Positions 9,121 to 18,100 of a stretch of 48,037 nt of DNA are shown piece by piece. The notes beneath the pieces are model-generated. The model did not search any database. It saw nothing but the letters and a program-made list of their open reading frames with translations, and was not told the origin of the DNA. How positions within the stretch are numbered: the stretch's first letter is position 1; every line of letters starts with the position of its first letter. The stretch comes from a virus, in IMG/VR virus record IMGVR_UViG_3300045594_000630; one strand, written 5' to 3'. The translations under genes were made by a program, and so were the position numbers.

Positions 9121-11696
9121 GCATTACATTAAGATCGTTCCAGGACCGCGCTGTACGGAAGATCATCAGCGGAATCAATGAGATCGAGCAAGATGAACTG
9201 GCCAATTCGGGCCAGAATCTTGATAACACGGATTCATGCCGGATCGTGTTGAAGTCGCCAACCGGATCTGGCAAGACCGTGATGATCTCAAAGGTCATCG
9301 AAGACAAGCTTAAAGACAATTACGCGACGATCTTGTTCTCTCCCGGACAGGGGCAGCTTGAGAACCAGACGAGAGACAAGCTGAACTCATACTTCACGAC
9401 GAGCGGGCTCAAGGCCGAGATCTTGACTCCGGAATCCGTGTCCACTCCGCTCAGCCAGGGCGACGTGTACGTGACGAACTGGGAGAAGCTGTCCAGAACT
9501 GACAGGGAGACGGGTGAGCTTACCAATGTGATCACGCGAGATGATGAATGGGGTAGTCTTGAAAGCGCGATCACGGCTACCGTTGAATCGGGTACGCCAT
9601 TGGCTATCATTATTGATGAATCGCATTACGGTACGAGGAATCGTGACTCGAACATCGTTCATCTGTTGACGAAGATCCAGTCATGGGTGGCGACAGCATC
9701 GAGTAGACGACCTGTCATCATTGAGATGAGTGCAACCCCGATCACAAGAATTGGCCATAATCCAAGCAAGTTCATAGCTATCACGAACTCGGAGGTCAAG
9801 GAAGCCCAGCTGATGCGGAAAGGCATCATCAGAAATGACGCTGACAAGGGAGGGCTTGACATCAGGGTGGATGAAGATCCGAATGATGATCAGGTCATGG
9901 ATACAGAGCGTACACTGATGAGATCAGCATTGAAGCGGCTTGATGAGATCGACGCCGGGTATGCTCAGGCCGGAGAGAACCAGCATGGTCTTATCGGTGT
10001 GAACATTCCGAATGGTCGTGACGGCAATGCAGCCATGGAGCGTATCGAATCATGGATGGCCGATCATGGTATCTCGAAGGCTAACGGTCAGCTTGCAGAA
10101 GTGCTGTCAGACGAGAAGACCGTTGACATCAAGTCCATATCATCACCCGACTCCCCGGTTCGAGTTCTGATCTACAAGCAAGCCATATCAACCGGATGGG
10201 ATTGCCCTAGAGCGCAGATACTTATCGGCTTCCGTCACATCAAGAGCAGGGTCTTCTCCGTCCAGAACATGGGACGATTCTTAAGGACTACGAACGGGAA
10301 GTATTACTCTGATCCAGATCTTGACTTCATGAACTGGACGTATGTCTATGACAACAGCTCCATGAGGGACGTCGAGAGGGACCCTGATTCGATCATCGAG
10401 GAAGACAAGACGATCATACCAGACTTCGTTGACATCAACTTGAATTCCAGATGGTTCGCAGACAGGCTGAACAACTATCATCTCCCTAAGACCGTTCTGA
10501 AAAGAACCGGAACTAGAGGGTTCACGAAGGCCGATCTTGGAAGCGTCATACAACCGGTGTATCAGGCGTATAAGGAATCCACCCTCTTGAATGATCAATT
10601 GGCAGACATGAACGATCAGTTGCTGTCAGGCCGCTTGAAGACGGAAGATCTTGACGAGCTTAGCCAGAAAGACTCCATCTCGTTCACGATGCTCAGTACC
10701 ACGGCCGTGAAGACGGCAGAAGCCAACGTATCTGAGCGTCTGTTCAAGGAGATAGAGGGCGTCGTCAACGTCACGGTGCCCGCATTCCCTGATAAGGCCA
10801 ATCTGATCTGGAACATTATAGATCTGTTGGAGATCTATATCAAAGATGATAGCAATCTGAAATCTGCCGTAACGAAGTCTGACGCGGTGAAGCTCATGAT
10901 TGATCCGTCTAATCTTCAGACGATAAAGAACATGATCAGGACATCTCTGGAAGGATCATTGTTCTCCCAGAACGATGATGGCACTGCACCTGAGGCCGTT
11001 AAGAACAAGAATAACAAGAAGGAATTCCTCGCTAGCAATAAGTCGTGGTCGCTTGGAGTGTCCGCTAGAGTGCCTACAGCCGCGTTGACCGTGCCGGATG
11101 ATCGTGCGAGCAAGTATCTCTACATGAGCTCTGGTCTGAATGGAGCTAAACGACAAGCCTTCTATACGGAGTCCGGCAGGAGATCTAGCCCTGAGAACGA
11201 GTTCGAGAAAAGCATGCTCGAATTGAAGGACAGCACTGACGGCAGGCTTGAACTGTCCACGTTCTTCAAGATACCTCCGTATGCGAACCGGGAAGATTCG
11301 CTAAGCATGGTGATCTTCGTCACTAATCATGACGGATCAATGTCCAGCATGACCTTCTACCCCGACTATCTTCTCTTCATCCACGATCTTGAGAACAACA
11401 CCGTGTTCCCGTTGGTCGCTGAGATCAAGGACAAGGATGGCGGCAGGGAGACGCCGGAGACGATCAACGCTAAGGCGAAGGCGCTTGAACAGTACTCCGA
11501 ACATACCGGACTTCCATGCGGCTTGTTCCATGACGTCAAGGGCAGATTCATGCTTCATGGTGAAGACATTGAGTTCAATGATTACTGCATGTCTCACAGA
11601 TCTGACAAGATCACGCCATTCAAGAAGAATGCCGGGATACCTGACTGGATGAACTCGCTCGGCCTTGAAGATGCGGCAGATCAGACGGAAGACTGA
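9117..11696 (+). CDS. res: Type III restriction enzyme Res subunit (SF2 helicase plus PD-(D/E)xK nuclease)
   Basis: SPTGSGKT, IIDESH, MSATP, GWDCPRA, QNMGR and C-terminal FYPDYL...EIKD; coupled to mod. Confidence 0.88.
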   Translation: MSITLRSFQDRAVRKIISGINEIEQDELANSGQNLDNTDSCRIVLKSPTGSGKTVMISKVIEDKLKDNYATILFSPGQGQLENQTRDKLNSYFTTSGLKAEILTPESVSTPLSQGDVYVTNWEKLSRTDRETGELTNVITRDDEWGSLESAITATVESGTPLAIIIDESHYGTRNRDSNIVHLLTKIQSWVATASSRRPVIIEMSATPITRIGHNPSKFIAITNSEVKEAQLMRKGIIRNDADKGGLDIRVDEDPNDDQVMDTERTLMRSALKRLDEIDAGYAQAGENQHGLIGVNIPNGRDGNAAMERIESWMADHGISKANGQLAEVLSDEKTVDIKSISSPDSPVRVLIYKQAISTGWDCPRAQILIGFRHIKSRVFSVQNMGRFLRTTNGKYYSDPDLDFMNWTYVYDNSSMRDVERDPDSIIEEDKTIIPDFVDINLNSRWFADRLNNYHLPKTVLKRTGTRGFTKADLGSVIQPVYQAYKESTLLNDQLADMNDQLLSGRLKTEDLDELSQKDSISFTMLSTTAVKTAEANVSERLFKEIEGVVNVTVPAFPDKANLIWNIIDLLEIYIKDDSNLKSAVTKSDAVKLMIDPSNLQTIKNMIRTSLEGSLFSQNDDGTAPEAVKNKNNKKEFLASNKSWSLGVSARVPTAALTVPDDRASKYLYMSSGLNGAKRQAFYTESGRRSSPENEFEKSMLELKDSTDGRLELSTFFKIPPYANREDSLSMVIFVTNHDGSMSSMTFYPDYLLFIHDLENNTVFPLVAEIKDKDGGRETPETINAKAKALEQYSEHTGLPCGLFHDVKGRFMLHGEDIEFNDYCMSHRSDKITPFKKNAGIPDWMNSLGLEDAADQTED

Positions 11697-11709
11697 TCTG
11701 ACAGATGGA

Positions 11710-11752
11710 CGCTGTATTCAGATCAGATCTGCATCCAGATCTGAATACAGCG
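11710..11752. terminator. Long hairpin after res
   Basis: CGCTGTATTCAGATC and GATCTGAATACAGCG form a 15-bp perfect inverted repeat. Confidence 0.6.
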
Positions 11753-11807
11753 CAGATTCGCTGAGTGATGTTAGATTCCCCTTGCACACCTTATAAGGAG
11801 GAATCTC

Positions 11808-13118
11808 ATGAATAATGAATCTAAGAAGCAGTACGGCAGGAGCCCGGACGGAACGTACTCCATCTGCAGGGCTAAGCCAGGCAACGAGGGAAGGTACGGA
11901 TGCCATCACGTTGCGTCCAAGGATGGCAGTGAGCCCGCCCACGAGCTACTGTCCGCATCGCAAGCCCAGGCATTGAATGAGAAGGCCTATGAACGCAAGA
12001 TCGTTGGCAAGTTGAACAAGTCGCGTGCAGATCTGAGTAAGAAGCCGAATCCAGCTCTTCCCGCAACGGCACCTACCGCTCCATTGCCGTCTGATGAAGA
12101 TCTCTCCCACGAGACGGAAGAGAAGACTATCGAATTAGATCACGCCAGTGGCCTTGCCAGAAGAGCTGGTCTTTCTGACGTGCTTGAGGTCAACGGCCAT
12201 GACGTAAGCGATTACGGACCACTTGAGATCAACAATGGTCGCAAGTACGTGACCATCAAGAGTGCTCAAGATCCAAGCAAGGAAGCCATACGGGTACCAC
12301 TTGATGATCATATATCGTTCAAGAGGAAGCAGCCAACGCAAAGATCGTTCCGGGCAAGATTCCGTCTTGACTATGAGAAGGCGGCTAACGAGCATGATGA
12401 CGCTGTCAAGAAGAACCTCTATGACAGCAGTAACGCGATCCGCGCATCAATCACCAATGGCCAGCCTCTGAACGATTTCAAGGTGAATGCCAGGGATGAG
12501 TCCAGAATCATATCGAACTTCGCTGACAATGTGAATGCGTACGGTGAGAAGAAGGGTCTTAACAGGTATGACGCTGCTGTAAGCGTTCTATCAGGTCCAG
12601 CGGCTGACAGAATATCCGCAGCACCGGCTGAGAATCCGTACGATACCGGGGAAGCCGTCCGCAACGCATCATATCTTGATGAGGTGAATCGTGTAGTCTC
12701 CGGTCTTGGAGATCCAAGCGCATTCTCCGCGGGTGAGATAACGGAGGAACTTGAATCTGAGCGCAAGCGTGTGAACAATCAACTACAGATCAGCGCTAAG
12801 AACATGGAGACCATGGATCCGGACACTAATGACATCAACCAGTACATCATGCAGTCAAGCTATGCGAGAACTCTGAACAACATCCATCAAGTAGTCACAT
12901 CTCGTAAAGACTTCAAGCCTGAATACATTGGAAGGGTCATAAAGAACGAGGCCGGGCTGAACGGGACATGGCTCGGTGAGACGAATCGTGACAATAACCT
13001 GGATTTCGTCTTCAATAACAGCACGCTGGCTGCTGCAAGAGCTCAGAACAACGCTGAGATCTCCGCTCATGCAAGAGTCGTGGCCATTCTCATGAAGAAC
13101 GCTGAATTCGAGAAGTGA
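11808..13118 (+). CDS. Hypothetical protein with N-terminal Cys/His module
   Basis: AAGGAGG SD; N-terminus QYGRSPDGTYSICRAKPGNEGRYGCHHV shared with the 1866 pseudogene. Confidence 0.85.
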   Translation: MNNESKKQYGRSPDGTYSICRAKPGNEGRYGCHHVASKDGSEPAHELLSASQAQALNEKAYERKIVGKLNKSRADLSKKPNPALPATAPTAPLPSDEDLSHETEEKTIELDHASGLARRAGLSDVLEVNGHDVSDYGPLEINNGRKYVTIKSAQDPSKEAIRVPLDDHISFKRKQPTQRSFRARFRLDYEKAANEHDDAVKKNLYDSSNAIRASITNGQPLNDFKVNARDESRIISNFADNVNAYGEKKGLNRYDAAVSVLSGPAADRISAAPAENPYDTGEAVRNASYLDEVNRVVSGLGDPSAFSAGEITEELESERKRVNNQLQISAKNMETMDPDTNDINQYIMQSSYARTLNNIHQVVTSRKDFKPEYIGRVIKNEAGLNGTWLGETNRDNNLDFVFNNSTLAAARAQNNAEISAHARVVAILMKNAEFEK

Positions 13119-13160
13119 TCATCTGGATTCAGATCTGAGGGCACTGATCTGAAGATCGTT

Positions 13161-13269
13161 CTATCACGCCATAGACGCTCTGAATCATCCATGCAATAAA
13201 AAACGCATGCCGTACAGGTTCTCGCGTCTATGGTGCGTTAGAATGCGTCTGAACGGCATCTCATGGCAT
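13161..13269 (+). repeat. Dispersed ~90-bp element, copy B
   Basis: 13170-13255 is identical over 86 nt to 14934-15019; internal inverted arms CCATAGACGC and GCGTCTATGG. Confidence 0.92.
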
Positions 13270-13412
13270 TAGAACGTGACGATCTGCATTCTGCCGCATA
13301 TCTGAGTAAGATCGCCTCACCGAATCGCCAGATCTGCGATCATGTCCGCATTCAAGACACGCCGTCTGCAGATCTGTGATACTATTGCATTGTAACGGCA
13401 GGAGGGATTGAC

Positions 13413-13724
13413 ATGGCTAACAATACTGAGGACACCCTGAAGACAATCGTCATCGACTGGGGTCTTGGCAGACTGACCGACCGTGAAGCCGTTCTTCGTG
13501 CTCGCAAGCTGCCTCCACTCAAGTACAAGACGACCCACGATCCATGGCAGGGTGAGGGCTACGAGCTCGTATCCGGCAATCCTGACAATGAGTTCGACGC
13601 AGCACGAGGACTTGGTTACGCCAGGAAGTACGGGCTCACGCCAGAGGGCGTTGATGCACTGTTAAGAGAAATCGCGCACGATCGCGGAGTATACTCACCA
13701 TCAGAAACCAGTAAGATCAACTGA
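13413..13724 (+). CDS. Small hypothetical protein convergent with the zeta toxin gene (candidate antitoxin)
   Basis: GGAGGG SD; extended -10 TGATACTAT at 13377-13385; 3' end overlaps the zeta gene by 8 nt. Confidence 0.75.
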   Translation: MANNTEDTLKTIVIDWGLGRLTDREAVLRARKLPPLKYKTTHDPWQGEGYELVSGNPDNEFDAARGLGYARKYGLTPEGVDALLREIAHDRGVYSPSETSKIN

Positions 13725-14850
13725 CGAGATCCGTGACATCCCCGGAGAAGTCATCATAATCAACTCTGACCGGTTGCCTTCCATCCACGTTGTTGTCCCA
13801 GACCTCTGGCTTCTCATCAAACAGCCCGGACGAATACAAGCTCGTGAGATTCTCCGCGTTCTTAGATGAGAACCTACTGTCTTCAGATCTGTTATCATCA
13901 ATGATTCTCAATGGAAGCCATCGGCCGCCCGAACCAGATCCTCCCATCGTGTACCGATCCATTCCATCCTTGTAGCGGATCTGCGCCCTCTTCTTACTCG
14001 TATCCGGATCAATGTCCACGAAGACCGCCCTGACAGACGTGTAGCCAGCCGACCTGAGTTCACGGATCTTCCTCTCCGCTGATCTGGTTGACCCTAACGT
14101 TCCGTCAATGATGACATTCAGCTTCCGTTCCTCAGCCGTTCGCATAAGCTTCTTCATGATGTCACTTGCCTCTTCATGGACGAGTGATGAAGCCTCCATT
14201 GGTGTCAAGCCAAGTACCTTCGGGACCGCTCCCCTCTTCGCAAGCTCTTCCTTGATGTCATCATTGTTGATGGTGAGATACTTGTCGGGATGATAACCTC
14301 CATGCTTCAAGACATATGACTTGCCAGCACCACCGAGACCACCTGAGAACAAGGCCCTGCCCTCGGCCGGAACACCTCGCTTCACCGCATCGTTGATGAA
14401 TGATTCAATGATCTCACGATGCATTGCCTCTCTATCAGGATCATATGATACGGTTCCGTTTTCCACGGTCGAATATCTGTTCTGGCTGTCTTGCTTGTTC
14501 TCATTCAGCTTAGCAATGACCTTCTCGACGTAATCTTTGCGATTCTCCAGATCCATTCCATTGATGGACGTCTTGTTCTTGACGGCAGTCCTGAGAACAT
14601 CTCTCTGATGATGGCCGCGTGCTAGCAGGGAGTTCTCATCATGGGCGGAGTCATCACCATTGATCATCTTCTTGAGTGATGGTGAGTTCAAGGCCTCCGC
14701 GATCTTCTCCGCCGCTTCTGTAGCCTTGCCGAGAGAATCATAGTGACCGGTCTTCCTGAACGGGCATGATGCTTCACTGGCGGCATGGCACTTGCCGGGC
14801 TTGCCATCTCCAGCCACATGCCATAGTCCGTTCCACTTTCTCTCGGCCAT
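13717..14850 (-). CDS. Zeta toxin family P-loop kinase with N-terminal Cys/His module
   Basis: GGLGGAGKS, INNDDIKEEL, VHEEAS, NVIIDGTL, GGRWLP and VWDNN motifs. Confidence 0.85.
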   Translation of the reverse strand: MAERKWNGLWHVAGDGKPGKCHAASEASCPFRKTGHYDSLGKATEAAEKIAEALNSPSLKKMINGDDSAHDENSLLARGHHQRDVLRTAVKNKTSINGMDLENRKDYVEKVIAKLNENKQDSQNRYSTVENGTVSYDPDREAMHREIIESFINDAVKRGVPAEGRALFSGGLGGAGKSYVLKHGGYHPDKYLTINNDDIKEELAKRGAVPKVLGLTPMEASSLVHEEASDIMKKLMRTAEERKLNVIIDGTLGSTRSAERKIRELRSAGYTSVRAVFVDIDPDTSKKRAQIRYKDGMDRYTMGGSGSGGRWLPLRIIDDNRSEDSRFSSKNAENLTSLYSSGLFDEKPEVWDNNVDGRQPVRVDYDDFSGDVTDLVS

Positions 14851-14920
14851 ACCGATCCCCCCCTGCTACCACACCGCCTGTCGGAATTAATCTATCAACC
14901 GGCGGGAAGACGGTTGCCAT

Positions 14921-15033
14921 CAATCTATGACGTCATAGACGCTCTGAATCATCCATGCAATAAAAAACGCATGCCGTACAGGTTCTCGCGTCTATGGTGC
15001 GTTAGAATGCGTCTGAACGACATCTCGTGACAT
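14921..15033 (+). repeat. Dispersed ~90-bp element, copy C
   Basis: 86-nt identity to copy B in direct orientation. Confidence 0.92.
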
Positions 15034-15132
15034 CGGTCGCATCGAATCCGGTTAGAATGACAGATTGCCGCTATGATCATACGATCGTATGGTATTATGA
15101 TCCGCATCAATGGTCGTAGGAGGATATGTCCA

Positions 15133-18100
15133 ATGTCATCAGATGGATCCGGGTTCGTCAATCTTCACATGCACTCGCATTACTCGATACTTGACGGGTA
15201 TGCGACACCGGAGGAGTACATCAGAAGAGCCGCGCGGCTAGGCCAGACCGCCCTCGCCCTGACTGATCACGGCAACATGTACGGTATCCATGAATTCATC
15301 AAGACGGCGAGGGATCTCTCCAAGAGCAAGGATAAGAAGGGTCATCCGCAGGAACCGATCTTCGTGAAGCCGATAGCAGGCATGGAAGCATATGTAGCCC
15401 CGTTGAACCCGGATGGAGCCAGATGCAAGCAGCCTGTCTTCTATGGAGGCGAGGATCAACGCTCTGATGACGTGTCCGCCGGGGGAGCGTATCTGCATCT
15501 TACCCTGCTGGCCATCAATGATGTTGGCTTCCATAATCTTATCAGACTGTCCACGGAGTCATTCCGCAGGGAGAACTTCTACAAGAAGCAGCGGATCGAC
15601 CAGGACATGCTTGCTCGATGGAATGAGGGCGTCGTTGCGTTCACCGGCTGCCCGTCCGGTGAGGTGCAGACCCGTCTCCGCCTTGGTCAGGTCGATGAGG
15701 CCTATGACTACGCTCGCCGGATGAAAGAGCTGTTCCCCGGAAGGTATTACGTTGAGGTCATGGAGCATCATATGAAGCGAGATCTTGAACGCGATCTGCT
15801 CCCGATGCTGGTCAAGATGGCTTCAGATCTTGACCTTCCCCTCGTCGCCACGAACGACTCTCACTACTCCGCTCCGTCAGATGCTATCCATCAGGAGGAG
15901 ATGCTCTGCATCAATCAGAAGGGCATGGTCAAGGATGAAGATCTTCAGGGGAACAAGATCTCCAGACCCGTCAACATGACTGACGCGAAGCGCGACGAGG
16001 GTGGACCCCGATTCGCATTCGACGGTGATGATTACTATCTGAAGTCGGAAGAGGAGATGCTGAAGACCTTCCCTGACGACAAGTACCCCGGAGCTGTCTC
16101 CAATACGGTGAAGATAGCGAACATGGCCGCTGACTGGTGGTCGATGGCCGAAGATCTTGGCAAGAAGCTCCCGCATGCTCACGGAGGGATGGTCGATGTC
16201 CGTGAGCCTTCAGGCAAGGGGTTCGCGTACGGCTCTCACGGATCTCATCCGTCAGGATGGTCGCAAAGCGTTGACCCTGACGTCCAGAAGATGATCGATG
16301 ACGGGGACATAGCCCTCGGACCGTACGATCTTAGCCTGAACAAGGGCATCAGACCGAAGATAACGATACCCGATGGATGGACTGAACGCAGATGGTTCCA
16401 GAAGAAGATCAATGACGGATTCGAGAATCGTAGGGTGGCAGCAGGTGATCCACCCGCGGTTCTGAACGAGGCGAAGAAGAGGATCTCAACTGAATTCCCG
16501 GTGTTCGCAGACAATGACTTCATGCAGTACATGCTGGTCGTCCAGGACTACATCAACGCAGCCCGGTCGAAGGGCATCGCCGTCGGATACGGCAGAGGAA
16601 GCTGCGGAGGATCAGAGATAGCGTATGATCTTGACATCTCGAGAACTGACCCGATCCGTCACAACCTGCTGTTCGAGAGGTTCTTGAACCCTGAACGTGT
16701 CTCCCCACCCGATGTGGACACTGACTTCCAGGCCAGCCGTAAGAACGAGGTTCTTGTCTATGCGAAGCAGAAGTACGGTGCGGACAAGGTTGCGAACATC
16801 ATCACGTTCGGAACGTTCGGATGCAAGACTGCGTTCAGAGACATGGCCAAGATCTATACCATGGCGCCATTCGAGGTGAACAAGATCTCGAAGCTGATCC
16901 CTGACGGATCAACCGAGGAAGGCCAGCCGACGATGGCGGCCATGTATGATCCGTCGTCGAAATGGTACGCGCAAGCAGCTGATTTCAGGAGGGCCGTGGA
17001 GGCCGGTGGCGACCGATGGTCTAAGATCGGCAAGTCAGCAGCGGCCGTCGAAGGCAGGGTGCGGTCAACGGGAACGCATGCTTGCGGCGTGATCATGAGT
17101 GACGAGCAGATCGTGAACCGCGTCCCGCTGTGCTGGGAGAGCGATGAGAAGAAGGCCGCCAGCAACGTCTGGGTGGACTGTAAGGTCCAATGGGGCTATG
17201 AGGCCTGCGAATCCCTCGGACTTATCAAGATGGACTTCCTGAGTCTCTCCGATCTTGACGTGGTGAAGAACACGCTGAGCAACATCGAGGGCATCAATGA
17301 GAATGTGGATGAGCTTGCCAGGTCAGGATCCGTGTCAGCATCTGTCGTCAAGCAGTTGAGGGCGAAGGGTCTGGAGCCGCCAGATCTTGATGCTCTCGTC
17401 CATGGTCCGATGGATGACAAGGCCACATATGAGATGCTTGGACGGGGTGATTCCGTAGGATGCTTCCAGCTTGGGAGCGACGGAATCCGCGACCTGCTCC
17501 GCATGATGAAGCCGACCGTGTTCGACGACATCGCGGCCGTGAACGCTTTGTACCGACCAGGTCCAATGAAGGCGAATGCTCACATCGCGTACGCAGACCG
17601 GAAGAACGGCAGGGAGCAGGTCTATGTGATCGATCCGATTCTTGACAAGGCGTTCAAGGGGACTCCGGTTGAGGACATCTTGAAGCCGACATGGGGATGC
17701 ATGGTGTACCAGGAGCAGGTCATGCAGATCTCGCAGAGACTATGCGGCTACAGCCGTGGTGGAGCTGACTCCCTCCGTAAGGCGATCGGCCATAAGATAC
17801 CTGCGGAGATGGAACGGAATCACGCCAAGTTCGTTGACGGCGCCATGGCGAACAACGCTGATGGCAAGTATGCGTACACGCGGGAAGACGTGGAGGCTCT
17901 CTGGCAGAAGATCGATGCGTTCTCGAGCTATGGCTTCAATAAGTGCGCCGATGGCTCAACAAATGTCTATGATGAATATTGGCGAACAATAAACATTGTA
18001 GACCTTCTTAAGCGTTGGAATAATGGTGATCGTGACATCAAAATCATGTCCATGTGGGAGGATGGAACAATACGACCTCATCAAGTTAAGAATGTCGTGT

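Noticed and set aside
15073-15132. Longer dnaE start given by the ORF track
   Set aside because: The AGGAGG SD and the start of the PHP domain support ATG at 15133
14949-15161. ORFs 14949..15161(-) and 45386..45625(+) share the peptide R(H)ILTHxRRENxxGMRFLLHG
   Set aside because: The similarity is just the translation of the dispersed DNA repeat; both ORFs overlap real genes and lack convincing starts
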